64,000 nucleotides of DNA from Acidimicrobiia bacterium (GTDB lineage: Bacteria; Actinomycetota; Acidimicrobiia; IMCC26256; PALSA-610). The position numbers were made by a program, and so were the translations under genes. Position 1 is the stretch's first letter. The number at the start of each line of letters is the position of its first letter. Shown here in pieces: positions 1 through 9,610 of the stretch. Location of the stretch: NCBI GenBank assembly GCA_052148155.1, contig JBKQIY010000048.1, positions 11,131 through 75,130 on the forward strand, given 5' to 3'. The notes under the pieces are model-generated. The model ran no database searches, was not told the DNA's origin, and saw nothing but the letters and a program-made list of their open reading frames with translations.

Positions 1-184
1 GACTGGCGGGGAATGGGATGACCCCGAGTCGCATCACGTCGTATCGGGGGCCGGCCAGCGCGGCGCCCATCTCGATCGCACAGCAGGCAAGTCCCCACTG
101 GAACATCCACAGCGAGTACTTCCGGCTGTAATTCAGCAGCCACGTGAGCGGCTTCGGCGCCTTGCCCGAGCTGATCAGGCCCAC
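1..184 (-). CDS. nuoB: NADH-quinone oxidoreductase subunit B paralogue, 5' part only (gene continues past the left edge)
   Basis: Minus-strand translation from GTG at 184 gives VGLISSGKAPKPLTWLLNYSRKYSLWMFQWGLACCAIEMGAALAGPRYDVMRLGVIPFPAS. It contains the GLACCAIEM motif typical of the NuoB N-terminus. The start overlaps the stop of the upstream nuoA paralogue. It is absent from the ORF track because the window edge truncates it. Confidence 0.7.
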   Translation of the reverse strand, partial: MGLISSGKAPKPLTWLLNYSRKYSLWMFQWGLACCAIEMGAALAGPRYDVMRLGVIPFPAS

Positions 185-537
185 TTGAGGAGCCCCTTAC
201 GCCAGACGTATGCGAGCCCGAGCAGCAACACGAGCACGAACACCGTCATTTCGATCAGCCCGAACCATCGCAACCCGTCGACGTCGACCGCCCACGGGAA
301 GATGAAGACCGCCTCGACGTCGAAGATCACAAAGAGCAGGGCGTAGATGTAGTAGCGGACGTTGGCCTGGCCGAACAAGGGCAGTGGATCGGAGCCCGAT
401 TCGTAGGTGATGTATTTCTCGTCCTGCGGGAGCGTCGGACGCAGGATCCGGGCGACGGTGAGCATCGCCCCGACCATGGCGAAAGCTGCAACGACGAAAA
501 CCGCGACGGCGAGGTACTGCCTATAGAACTCGGTCAC
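175..537 (-). CDS. nuoA: NADH-quinone oxidoreductase subunit A paralogue (second copy in the window)
   Basis: The C-terminal ~120 aa of ORF 175..672 is NuoA-like (YESGSDPLPLFGQANVRYYIYALLFVIFDVEAVFIFPWAV, three TM segments). I chose the in-frame GTG at 537 because the upstream part of the ORF is Arg/Pro-rich and not protein-like. Confidence 0.8.
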   Translation of the reverse strand: MTEFYRQYLAVAVFVVAAFAMVGAMLTVARILRPTLPQDEKYITYESGSDPLPLFGQANVRYYIYALLFVIFDVEAVFIFPWAVDVDGLRWFGLIEMTVFVLVLLLGLAYVWRKGLLKWA

Positions 538-707
538 GACGCGGCTCCGGGACCAGGCCGGGGTGGGATCGAGGCGGAGTATACGCGTGAGAATTTCGCG
601 GGAGAGAAATGGGCAACCGCCCGCGCACGTTGATCTGGGAGGTGGACCACGCGCGGGACAGAGCAAAGACACACAAGCTCACCCCGCGGCCGGCCGATGA
701 ACCCACG

Positions 708-1628
708 ATGGGCTCACATGTGGCCTTCCCAACTGGTGGCCGTCGGCGCGCGATGCGCCGACCCGACGAGCCGCGCACCGCGTTCGTGCTGTCCGGGGGC
801 GGAAACCAGGGGGTCAGCCAGGTCGGCATGCTCCGCGCGCTCCTCGAACGCGAGATCGTGCCCGACGTCGTGGTCGGCACCTCGGCCGGCGCGCTGAACG
901 GCGCCGGCATCTGCTTCGCGCCGAATCTCACCGGTGTGGCGCAGCTGTCGGCCGTATGGGAGCAATTGCGCAGCGATCAGGTCTTTCCGGGCGGGAAGAT
1001 CCACCGAGCCTGGAACGTCGTACGGCGCGGCACCCACCTCTTCGGGAGCGAGGGTCTCGAAGCCCTGATCCACCACAGCACCCCGGCCCGGCTGTTCTCC
1101 GACCTCGAGATCCCGCTGCGGGTCATCGCGACCGACCTCGACACTGGAGAAGAGGTCGTACTGGTTCGGGGTCCGCTCAAACCGGCGCTCCTCGCGAGTA
1201 CTGCGCTGCCCGGAGTGTTCCCGATCGTGCACCACGACGGCCGCCGTCTGGTCGACGGTGGAGTGGTCGACAACGTGCCGCTCTCGCATGCGTTGGCCGG
1301 TCCGGTCGACCGGGTGTTCGTGCTCAACGTCTCGTCGGGGATGTCCGAACGTGTCGAACGATCACCGCTCGACGTTGTGATGACAAGCTTCACCCATGCC
1401 CGCGGCCAGCGCTACGAGCTCGAGCTACGTCATGTACCGCCCCAGATCGAGGTGATCGAGCTCCCACGCCCACCCGATCCGCGAGATCTGTTCGATTTCT
1501 CCGGCGCGCGTGAGTTGATCGAAGCGGCCTACGAACTCGCCAACGAGGCGCTGGACCGCGCCGCGGTCGCGCCGGCGACTGCTGAACTCCGACGCCGCTT
1601 CCGGCGCCGCCGAGGCGTCGTCGCGTAA
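708..1628 (+). CDS. Patatin-like phospholipase
   Basis: Oxyanion-hole motif FVLSGGGNQG, nucleophile-elbow motif GTSAG and catalytic-Asp motif VDGGVVDNVP. Start uncertain: 609, 708 and 753 are all in frame. Confidence 0.8.
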   Translation: MGSHVAFPTGGRRRAMRRPDEPRTAFVLSGGGNQGVSQVGMLRALLEREIVPDVVVGTSAGALNGAGICFAPNLTGVAQLSAVWEQLRSDQVFPGGKIHRAWNVVRRGTHLFGSEGLEALIHHSTPARLFSDLEIPLRVIATDLDTGEEVVLVRGPLKPALLASTALPGVFPIVHHDGRRLVDGGVVDNVPLSHALAGPVDRVFVLNVSSGMSERVERSPLDVVMTSFTHARGQRYELELRHVPPQIEVIELPRPPDPRDLFDFSGARELIEAAYELANEALDRAAVAPATAELRRRFRRRRGVVA

Positions 1629-1631
1629 GGA

Positions 1632-1674
1632 CTCGGCTGCCGCCAAAGAGCCGAGCCGGGGTGCAATCCGGCTC
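1632..1674. terminator. Two overlapping GC-rich hairpins between convergent genes (candidate bidirectional terminator)
   Basis: CTCGGCT-N10-AGCCGAG (1632..1655) and GAGCCGG-N8-CCGGCTC (1653..1674), each with a 7-bp stem. They lie between the patatin stop (1628) and the nuoN stop (1688). There is no clear U-tract. Confidence 0.35.
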
Positions 1675-1687
1675 GAATCGCGAAGGT

Positions 1688-3223
1688 CTAGTGCGACAAC
1701 AGTTGGGTGGCGTGCTTGGCGAAGTCGAGCATGCCGCCGGGCATGATCCCGAGGAAGAGCACGGCGACCGCGGCGATCGTCAGCGTCGCACGGGTTCCGA
1801 AGTCGACGCGGGCCCGTGTCGTGTCGGCGGGTTGCGGTTCGTTGTCGGCCGGCGAATACATCGCGAGCACGATCCGCAGATACACGAACGCCGCGACCGC
1901 GGCCGCGAGCATCCCGAGTAGCGCGAGGACGTACTGTCGTTGGTCGATGGCTGCGCTGAATACCGACAGCTTCGCCACGAAGCCGCCGGTGAGCGGTACG
2001 CCGGCCTGCGCGAGCAGGAACAACGTGAAGACTCCGGCGAGGAGCGGCTGACGGCGTCCAAGACCGCGATAGTCGGACAGCGCGTGCTGGTCGTCGTGTT
2101 GAGTTGCGACCACCGCCACGACCGCGAACGCGCCGATCGTCATGAACGCATACGTCAGCACGTAGAACAACGCTGCGCTTGTGCCCTTCGCGGTCGCGGC
2201 TTGCACTGCAATCAAGACGTAACCGGCATGACTGATTGACGAGTACGCGAGCATTCGCTTCACGTCGGTCTGCACGATCGCGGCGATGCTCCCAACGAAC
2301 AAGGACGCCACTGCGAGCACAAAGAAGATTGGGCGCCAATCAACGCTGTACAGCCACAACGAGCCAACGAAGACTCGCAGAATTGCGGCAAAGGCCGCAG
2401 CTTTCGTGGCCGACGCCATGAACGCGGTGACGGGCGTCGGCGAACCCTGGTACACGTCGGGCGTCCACATGTGGAACGGCGCGGCCGCGACCTTGAAGCC
2501 GAGCCCGACGATGAGGAAGGCGATACCGAGCAACAGCACACCGTCGTGGAGGAGCGTGGTCGTCGCCAGGAAGTCGGCGATGCCCGTGAGGTTCGTCGTG
2601 CCGGTTCCGCCGTACACGAGCGCCACGCCGTAGAGGAACACGGCCGACGAGAACGAACCGAGCAGGAAATATTTGAGACCGGCCTCCTGCGACGTGGTGC
2701 GACGGCGGTCGAACGCGGCGAGTACGTACAACGCGATCGAGAGGATCTCGAGCGAAAGGAAGATGGTGACGAGGTCGTTGGCCGAGGTCATCAGCATCAT
2801 GCCGGTGGCCGAGCAGAGCATCAGCGCGAAATATTCGGGACCTTCGAGGTGCTCGCGCTTGAGGTAGCTCGACGAAAGCAACAGTGCGAGCAGGGTCGCG
2901 ATGAGCACGACCGTCTTGGCGAAGACGGCGAAACCATCGACCGCGATCATGCCGACTTGTGGTTTCTCGCTGGTCAGCAGCGTCTGGTACGCGCCGTGGT
3001 GCTGCACGAACGTCCATTGGACGGCGGTGAACACACCCGACGTGGCCAGACCGGCGATCGCGATGACCAACGATGCCTCGTGGACCCGTGGGTTGTGCCG
3101 GACGAGTGAACGGAGGAGCACGATGCACAACGCGGCGGCGAACACCGCGATCTCGGGCGCGATCGCGAACCAGTCGATCGACGGGACCGCGATGTGGGTC
3201 ACGGGAACGTTGGCGCCGATCAC
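1688..3223 (-). CDS. nuoN: NADH-quinone oxidoreductase subunit N
   Basis: Polytopic antiporter-like protein and last gene of the nuo series. GTG at 3223 forms a GTGA overlap with the nuoM stop. Alternative starts are 3247 and 3202. Confidence 0.9.
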   Translation of the reverse strand: MIGANVPVTHIAVPSIDWFAIAPEIAVFAAALCIVLLRSLVRHNPRVHEASLVIAIAGLATSGVFTAVQWTFVQHHGAYQTLLTSEKPQVGMIAVDGFAVFAKTVVLIATLLALLLSSSYLKREHLEGPEYFALMLCSATGMMLMTSANDLVTIFLSLEILSIALYVLAAFDRRRTTSQEAGLKYFLLGSFSSAVFLYGVALVYGGTGTTNLTGIADFLATTTLLHDGVLLLGIAFLIVGLGFKVAAAPFHMWTPDVYQGSPTPVTAFMASATKAAAFAAILRVFVGSLWLYSVDWRPIFFVLAVASLFVGSIAAIVQTDVKRMLAYSSISHAGYVLIAVQAATAKGTSAALFYVLTYAFMTIGAFAVVAVVATQHDDQHALSDYRGLGRRQPLLAGVFTLFLLAQAGVPLTGGFVAKLSVFSAAIDQRQYVLALLGMLAAAVAAFVYLRIVLAMYSPADNEPQPADTTRARVDFGTRATLTIAAVAVLFLGIMPGGMLDFAKHATQLLSH

Positions 3224-4920
3224 TTGGCGCCCTCTTCCGACCCGCACGGCCCGAAATCACTGGAGCCGAGAGACTCGTGCGACGCCGGCGCGAAACGCAG
3301 AGCGTGAATCTTCACCGTGTAGCGCCCGCTGCCGTCGACCAGACATTCATCGGTCGCGACGTCGACCGCGGGCGGCTTGTGGTTGCTGTGCGTCTCGATT
3401 TGAGTGACGAGCGCCGAGACGCTGGGTTGGAGACGGTCGAGCACGGGCTTGGGATAGAAACCGAGGAACAGGGACAGGCCGAGCAACGGCGCCACGGTGC
3501 AGATCTCACGAAATCCGATGTCTCGCGTCGCCGCGTTCTTCTCGTCGGGCACGCCTGTGAACGCACGCTGCACCGCCCACAACATGTACACGGCGGCGAG
3601 AATGACACCGGTCGTCGCGACAACCGCGAACCAGCGGCTTGTGAGGAAGGCGCCGAGCAGCGAGAGAAACTCGCCAACGAAGCCGGAGAACCCGGGCAGC
3701 CCGATCGACGCGAACGTCGCCGCGACAAATAGCCCGCCGAAGACTGGCACTGCCTTCCACAGGCCGCGGAATTCGGACAGTTCGTACGTGTGTCGGCGGT
3801 CGTAGAGCATGCCGACGAGGAGGAACAACGCGCCGGTCGTGAGGCCGTGCGAAAGCATCGTGAATAAGCCGCCCGAAATTCCTTCTCTTGTCAGCGCGAA
3901 GATCCCGAGCACAACGAAGCCGAGGTGCGCGATCGACGAGTAGGCGACGATCCGCTTGAGGTTCGGTTGCATCGTCGCGACGATGGCGCCATAGGTGATG
4001 CCGACTACCGCGACGACCAACAGGATCGGTGCGAGGTCGACCGCGGCCTGTGGAAACATCGGAATCGCGAAACGCAAGAAGCCGTAGGCGCCCATCTTCA
4101 GGAGCACGCCCGCCAGCACCACCGAGCCGGCCGTGGGCGCATCGGTGTGAGCGTCCGGCAACCAGGTGTGGAAGGGGACGAGTGGGATCTTCACGGCGAA
4201 GCCGACGGCGAACGCCAAGAACAACCACTTCGCTGTCGTCACCGACATGTTGTGCGCTGACGACGCCCAGCTCGTGAGCACCCGCACGTCGAAGGTGAGC
4301 TGGCCGGTCGCGTGCTGGTGCAAGAACGCGACCGAGAGGATCCCGGCGAACAAGAAAGCTGAACCGGTCGCCGTGTACAGGAAGAACTTCACAGCCGCGT
4401 AGCGCCGGTTGTCGTGACCCCAGCCGGCGATGAGGAAGTACATCGGCACGAGCACGAGTTCGAAGAACACGAAGAACACGATCGAGTCGAGCGCCACGAA
4501 TACGCCGATCACCGCCGCTTCGAGCAGCAACATCCAGAACGTGAACGACTTTGGCCGCTCGAGCTCGGCGGACGCGAGCATGCTGATCGGAATCAGCAAT
4601 GCGGTGAGCGCGACCATAAACAAGCTGATGCCGTCAACTCCGAGTATCCACCGGATACCTAAGGCCGGCATCCACGGGTGGTCTGAGACGAACTGATAGC
4701 CGGCTTGGTTGGTATCGAACTGGACGAGTAGATAGACCGCGAGGCCGAAGGTCGCCGCGCTCGTGACGTAGCCGACCGTGCGCGTGAGCTCGGGCCGGCG
4801 TCCCGGTATCAGGAGCGTGATCACGGCGCCCGCGGCCGGCACGAAGATCAACGCCGTGAGCAGCGGGAAGCCGCCGTTGGTGAGGTGCGCGGCGGCGACG
4901 GCCGCGACGGGGGCCATCAC
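3220..4920 (-). CDS. nuoM: NADH-quinone oxidoreductase subunit M
   Basis: Antiporter-like subunit (HTWLPDAHTDAPTAGSVVLAGVLLKMGAYGF motif region). Its start overlaps the nuoL stop. It carries a ~60-aa non-membrane C-terminal tail. Confidence 0.9.
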   Translation of the reverse strand: MMAPVAAVAAAHLTNGGFPLLTALIFVPAAGAVITLLIPGRRPELTRTVGYVTSAATFGLAVYLLVQFDTNQAGYQFVSDHPWMPALGIRWILGVDGISLFMVALTALLIPISMLASAELERPKSFTFWMLLLEAAVIGVFVALDSIVFFVFFELVLVPMYFLIAGWGHDNRRYAAVKFFLYTATGSAFLFAGILSVAFLHQHATGQLTFDVRVLTSWASSAHNMSVTTAKWLFLAFAVGFAVKIPLVPFHTWLPDAHTDAPTAGSVVLAGVLLKMGAYGFLRFAIPMFPQAAVDLAPILLVVAVVGITYGAIVATMQPNLKRIVAYSSIAHLGFVVLGIFALTREGISGGLFTMLSHGLTTGALFLLVGMLYDRRHTYELSEFRGLWKAVPVFGGLFVAATFASIGLPGFSGFVGEFLSLLGAFLTSRWFAVVATTGVILAAVYMLWAVQRAFTGVPDEKNAATRDIGFREICTVAPLLGLSLFLGFYPKPVLDRLQPSVSALVTQIETHSNHKPPAVDVATDECLVDGSGRYTVKIHALRFAPASHESLGSSDFGPCGSEEGAK

Positions 4921-6896
4921 AGTGTCGCTCGGGTCGTGATGAACACGAGCACTAGGACGGCACCGACCACGATCGCGAGCGCGTAGTTGCGCACGAGACC
5001 GGTCTGCACTTTTCGGAGCCCACCACCGGCGTGTTGGAAGGTGCGACCGATGCCGTTGACGGCGCCATCGATCGTGTCACGGTCGACTCCCTCGCTCAGG
5101 AAGCGAGCGGCCGTGGTTGCCGGGCCGCTCACAAAGCGGGCGAGACCGACGTCGAGGTAGTACGCGTTGGCGAGCACTTTGGCGAACGGCCCGAGCGCCT
5201 TGACGGTTGGATCGTCGCCGTGTGCGTCGAGACCGTTCCGGTACACCGAGCGGGCGACCACGATGCCGACGAAGGCGATGACGAGCGCCACGGTCGACAA
5301 CGCGAGACCCGCGCTGAACGACGACGCGCGGATGTCGGGTGCGCCGGTCAGTACCGGTGCAAGCCACCGGTCGAGGAGGTTGAGCTTGGAGTTGTCGAAC
5401 GGCATGTCGATCACGAAGCCGATCGTCGAGAGCGCGGCGAGCGCGACGAGCGGAACCGTCATGGTCCACGGCGACTCGTGCGGCTCGTGGTGCGAGCCGG
5501 CGTGCGTCTCTGTGTGGCCTTGGTCGGCGGCATCCACGGCGACGGCGGGCTCGCGCCAGCGTTCGTTTCCGTAGAAGACGAGCCACACCTGACGGGTCAT
5601 GTAGAACGCGGTGAGGATCGCTCCGAGCACGCCCACCGCCCACAGCGCGTACTCGTGATGGAACCACGCTTTGGCCAGGATCTCGTCCTTCGACCAGAAC
5701 CCGGCGAACGGGATCACGCCGGCGATGGCGAGCCACCCCACGATGAACGTCGCGGCGGTGATCGGCATGTACTTGCGCAGCCCGCCCATGCGTCGCATGT
5801 CCTGCTCGTCGCCCATGCCGTGGATGACGGAGCCGGCACCGAGGAACAGCAACGCTTTGAAGAAGGCGTGCATGATCATGTGGAAGATCGCCGCGCTGTA
5901 CGCGCCGACACCGACCGCGAGGAACATGTAGCCGAGCTGACTGATCGTCGAGTAGGCGAGCACCTTTTTGATGTCGTTTTGGACGACGGCGACGGTCGCC
6001 GCGAACAACGCGGTGATGGCGCCGACCCAGGCCACGACCGTGCTCGCGTGGCTCGAGACGTCGAAGAAGGCATGGGCACGCACGACCAGGAACACACCCG
6101 CGGTCACCATCGTGGCTGCGTGGATCAGCGCCGAGACCGGTGTCGGGCCCTCCATGGCGTCGGGAAGCCAGATGTGGAGCGGCACCTGTGCGCTCTTTCC
6201 CATCGCGCCGACAAAGAGCAACAGGGCGATGGCGGTGACGGTCGACTGCGGAAGATGAGGGGCGGCCGCGGTCGTCACGCTGTAGTTGAGCGAACCCACC
6301 TTCGAGAAGATCAGGAACATCGCGAGCATGAAACCGAGGTCACCCACGCGGTTCGTGACGAACGCTTTTTTGCCAGCGACCGCGGCCGAGTTGCGCTCGA
6401 ACCAGAACGAGATCAACAGGTAGGAGCACAGCCCGACGCCTTCCCAGCCCATGAAGGTCATGAGGTAACTCGACCCGAGCACGAGCACGAGCATCGACGC
6501 GGCAAAGAGATTGAGGTACGCGAAGAACCGACTGAAGCGCGGGTCTCCGTGCATGTAACCGATCGCGTACAAGTGGATCAACGATCCGACACCGGTGACG
6601 AACAGGATCATCGTGCAGGACAGCGGATCTGTGAGCACGCGGAAATCGACATGGAACGAACCGGCCTGGATCCAGGTGTAGCCGTCGCTGACGTTCGACC
6701 GCTGCGCTGGCGGAAGCGAACGCAACGCGAAGAACACGACCACCGATCCGGCGAACGCGAGCGCGATCATGAGCGTTGCCAGCCAACCGGCTTTGGGCTC
6801 GCCGATACGCGAGCCGAACAGCAACAGCACGACCGCGCCGAACGCCGGCACAACGGGGATGATCCAGGCCACGTCGAGCAGATGTTGCGCGGTCAC
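4917..6896 (-). CDS. nuoL: NADH-quinone oxidoreductase subunit L
   Basis: Antiporter-like subunit (HIWLPDAMEGPTPVSALIHAATMVTAGVF). GTG at 6896 sits 2 nt after the nuoK stop. The upstream 69 codons of the ORF are Arg-rich and overlap nuoK. Confidence 0.9.
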   Translation of the reverse strand: MTAQHLLDVAWIIPVVPAFGAVVLLLFGSRIGEPKAGWLATLMIALAFAGSVVVFFALRSLPPAQRSNVSDGYTWIQAGSFHVDFRVLTDPLSCTMILFVTGVGSLIHLYAIGYMHGDPRFSRFFAYLNLFAASMLVLVLGSSYLMTFMGWEGVGLCSYLLISFWFERNSAAVAGKKAFVTNRVGDLGFMLAMFLIFSKVGSLNYSVTTAAAPHLPQSTVTAIALLLFVGAMGKSAQVPLHIWLPDAMEGPTPVSALIHAATMVTAGVFLVVRAHAFFDVSSHASTVVAWVGAITALFAATVAVVQNDIKKVLAYSTISQLGYMFLAVGVGAYSAAIFHMIMHAFFKALLFLGAGSVIHGMGDEQDMRRMGGLRKYMPITAATFIVGWLAIAGVIPFAGFWSKDEILAKAWFHHEYALWAVGVLGAILTAFYMTRQVWLVFYGNERWREPAVAVDAADQGHTETHAGSHHEPHESPWTMTVPLVALAALSTIGFVIDMPFDNSKLNLLDRWLAPVLTGAPDIRASSFSAGLALSTVALVIAFVGIVVARSVYRNGLDAHGDDPTVKALGPFAKVLANAYYLDVGLARFVSGPATTAARFLSEGVDRDTIDGAVNGIGRTFQHAGGGLRKVQTGLVRNYALAIVVGAVLVLVFITTRATL

Positions 6897-6898
6897 GA

Positions 6899-7198
6899 TC
6901 AGCCCTCGAGCGCGTTCAGGTCGTCTGCGGTGACGTCTTGGCGGCGGCGGAAGATCGCGACGATGATCGCGAGGCCGACGGCAACCTCGGCGGCTGCGAC
7001 CACCAGCGTGAAGAACACGATCACTTGGCCGCTGATGTCGTTCAGCGCCTTCGCGAACGTCACGAACGTGAGGTTCGCCGCGTTGAGCATGAGCTCGATG
7101 CACATGAACATCACGAGCGTGTTGCGCCGTACGAGCAGACCGACGCCACCGATCGTGAAGAGCGCCGCCCCTAAGGTCAGGTAGTAGGCGGGCGTCAC
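6899..7198 (-). CDS. nuoK: NADH-quinone oxidoreductase subunit K
   Basis: About 100-aa three-TM protein ([43 protein letters not shown]). Start taken as GTG at 7198; TTG at 7216, overlapping the nuoJ stop, is an alternative. Confidence 0.85.
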   Translation of the reverse strand: MTPAYYLTLGAALFTIGGVGLLVRRNTLVMFMCIELMLNAANLTFVTFAKALNDISGQVIVFFTLVVAAAEVAVGLAIIVAIFRRRQDVTADDLNALEG

Positions 7199-7212
7199 CT
7201 TCGCGACCGCGA

Positions 7213-7761
7213 TCAAGACTCGCTCCCCTTGCCCGCCGGACTCCCTGACCGTTGACCGCTCCGGCGAGCGAGTGCCACTCCGCCGACGACGGCGATCACC
7301 AGGAGCACCGCGGTGATCTCGAACGCCCATACGAAGTCGGTGAACAAGCTCGTCGCCAGCGTCGTCACATTTCCTGTGCGCACTCCTCCCAGCGAACCTC
7401 GCGCCGAGTGCGCTCCGGTGACCCAGTGGTGTCCGGCGAGCAAGACGATCTGGAGAAACAACAGCACCCCGGCCACCAGCGCGACCGGACGTTGGAACAG
7501 GCTCGGCTCGTCAAGGGTTTCGTGTTTGTCGACGCCGAGGAGTGTGATCACAAACACGAACAAAACCACGATCGCGCTCGCGTAGACCACGACCTGGATA
7601 GCCGCGACGAGCGCCGCGTCGAGTTGCAGGAACAGGACTGCCACGCTGACCAGAGTCATCAGGAGAAATAACGCGGAGTGAACTGGATTCCGCGCGAGCA
7701 CCACGCCGAGCGCGCCCGCGAGGACAGCGACCGCGCAGAGGTAGAAGATCAAAGCTTCCAT
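7213..7761 (-). CDS. nuoJ: NADH-quinone oxidoreductase subunit J
   Basis: Membrane protein at the conserved position between nuoI and nuoK, with a NuoJ-like N-terminus ([33 protein letters not shown]). Confidence 0.9.
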   Translation of the reverse strand: MEALIFYLCAVAVLAGALGVVLARNPVHSALFLLMTLVSVAVLFLQLDAALVAAIQVVVYASAIVVLFVFVITLLGVDKHETLDEPSLFQRPVALVAGVLLFLQIVLLAGHHWVTGAHSARGSLGGVRTGNVTTLATSLFTDFVWAFEITAVLLVIAVVGGVALARRSGQRSGSPAGKGSES

Positions 7762-8405
7762 CAGTGGCCCGGCCCGGACTCGTCGAAATGGGGTGCCGTC
7801 TCGGCTTGCGACGGCACCAGATCGCTTTGGCCTCGCTCGGGCGGGCGAATTCCGTAGCCGAGCTCGCCCGACCAGCCCACCCGACCTTCGTAGCCGGCGT
7901 CACCTCCGGGCGCGGTCGCCCGCATCCACGCGCTCGTGTGATCGTCCTCGCCGCCGGCCCACAACTCCCACGGCATGCGCTTGGCGCGACCGTCGTCGTC
8001 GACGATCAGCTCTTCTTTCGTGTAGATCGCGTCGGCCCGGTTCGTGAACGAGAACTCGAACAGCTTGGTTTCGGTGATCGCCTCGGTCGGGCAGGCTTCG
8101 ACGCAAAGATCACAGTGGATGCAGCGCAGGTAGTTGATCTCATAGACGAAGCCGTACCGCTCGCCCGGTGATACCGGATCGTCGACCGGGTTGTCGGCGC
8201 CGCGGACGTAGATGCAGTGCGCCGGGCATACCCCGGCGCAGAGCTCACAGCCGATGCACTTCTCCATCCCGTCTTCGTATCGGTTCAGGACGTGACGACC
8301 GTGCTGGCGCTCAGGCTTGTCGCGTTTCACTTTCGGGTATTCGGTCGTGAGGCGCGGCTTGAACATCTGACGCAGCGTGACGTTAAAGCCCGATAAGCGG
8401 CCCAC
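7761..8405 (-). CDS. nuoI: NADH-quinone oxidoreductase subunit I (2x[4Fe-4S])
   Basis: Two ferredoxin motifs, CIGCELCAGVCP and CIHCDLCVEACP, and conserved operon position. Confidence 0.95.
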   Translation of the reverse strand: MGRLSGFNVTLRQMFKPRLTTEYPKVKRDKPERQHGRHVLNRYEDGMEKCIGCELCAGVCPAHCIYVRGADNPVDDPVSPGERYGFVYEINYLRCIHCDLCVEACPTEAITETKLFEFSFTNRADAIYTKEELIVDDDGRAKRMPWELWAGGEDDHTSAWMRATAPGGDAGYEGRVGWSGELGYGIRPPERGQSDLVPSQAETAPHFDESGPGH

Positions 8406-9610
8406 TAGTGGAACTCCTCGACATGTTCGCCGGCCTTGGGTATCGCGAGGTACAGCATGAGGAAGGCCGCGATCGCGATCCCGGCTGATACCGGCGCCAC
8501 GATGAAAGGCTGCCAGCCTTCTTGTTTTCCGACGACGAGTGCCGCCGATACCAACACCCAGAGAATCGCGATCTCAATGAGGTACTTCCAGCCGAGCGCC
8601 ATCAGCTTGTCGTAGCGCATGCGCGGCAGCGACGCCCGCAGCCAAACGGTCACGAAGAGGAGCGCAAGCACCTTCACCGTGAACCACACGATCGGCACCA
8701 GCCAGACGTTGAGCACGTTGTTGGCGGCTAGGAAACCGAGGCTCGGTCCCGACGGTCCACCGAGGAACAGCGTCGTCGCGATCGCCGACATCGTGATCAC
8801 GTTCATGAACTCGGCGAGGAAGAAAATCGCGAATCGGATCCCCGTGTATTCGGTGTTGAACCCGCCGACGAGCTCCTGTTCGGCCTCGACAAGGTCAAAC
8901 GGCGGGTGGTTCGTTTCGGCGGTCGCGGCGATCAGGAAGATGCCGAACGGTACGAGCGCCCGCACCCAGAACCAGTCTCGGAAAAACGATCCGGCGTTCA
9001 CCCATGCTTGCAGCGCAACGATGCCGTGGGTTGAGAGGGTTCCGGCCTGGATGAGCACGCCGAGCACCGCGAGTCCGAACGCGGCTTCATACGAGAGCAG
9101 CTGCGCGGTCGACCGCACCGCGCCGAGCAGCGGGTACTTCGAGCCCGACGACCAGCCGGCGAGCATCACGCCGTACACACCGAGGCCGGACATGGCGAGG
9201 ATGAACAGCGCGCCGACCGGCAGATCAGCGACTTGTAGGTAGGTGTGGTGTCCGAGGATCGAGACGGTCCCGCCGATTGGGACGATGCAGAACATCAAGA
9301 ACGCCGGCAGGATCGACAGGTAGGGCGCGAGCCGGAACACTGGCCGGTCGGCCGTCGCGGGAATCGACTGCTCCTTGAAAAAGAGCTTGATGCCGTCGGC
9401 GAGGGTCTGGCCGACGCCGTACGGGCCGGCGCGATTCGGCCCGATCCGGTTCTGCATATCGGCGATGACCTTGCGCATGCCCCAGATGTACAGCATCACC
9501 GACACGAGCAGGATGACGAACGCGATCACGACTTTGATCAACACCACGCCCAGCACCGACCATGAAACGCCGGTGTTGAAGAGCGGGTCGACGCCGAGGA
9601 GATGACTCAT
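8405..9610 (-). CDS. nuoH: NADH-quinone oxidoreductase subunit H
   Basis: Polytopic membrane protein with NuoH/ND1-like segments (RKVIADMQNRIGPNRAGPYGVGQTLADGIKLF). ATGA overlap with the nuoG stop. Confidence 0.95.
   Translation of the reverse strand: MSHLLGVDPLFNTGVSWSVLGVVLIKVVIAFVILLVSVMLYIWGMRKVIADMQNRIGPNRAGPYGVGQTLADGIKLFFKEQSIPATADRPVFRLAPYLSILPAFLMFCIVPIGGTVSILGHHTYLQVADLPVGALFILAMSGLGVYGVMLAGWSSGSKYPLLGAVRSTAQLLSYEAAFGLAVLGVLIQAGTLSTHGIVALQAWVNAGSFFRDWFWVRALVPFGIFLIAATAETNHPPFDLVEAEQELVGGFNTEYTGIRFAIFFLAEFMNVITMSAIATTLFLGGPSGPSLGFLAANNVLNVWLVPIVWFTVKVLALLFVTVWLRASLPRMRYDKLMALGWKYLIEIAILWVLVSAALVVGKQEGWQPFIVAPVSAGIAIAAFLMLYLAIPKAGEHVEEFH

Noticed and set aside
708-1628. Patatin gene as a CBASS-like or other defence effector
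   Set aside because: No cyclase/nucleotidyltransferase, sensor, or other defence-associated gene is adjacent. Its neighbours are respiratory genes.
5031-7184. 717-aa plus-strand ORF, the longest plus-strand ORF in this part of the track
   Set aside because: It is entirely antisense to nuoL/nuoK. Its composition is Arg/Asp/Glu/His/Gly-rich with no motifs. This is a typical shadow ORF in GC-rich DNA.
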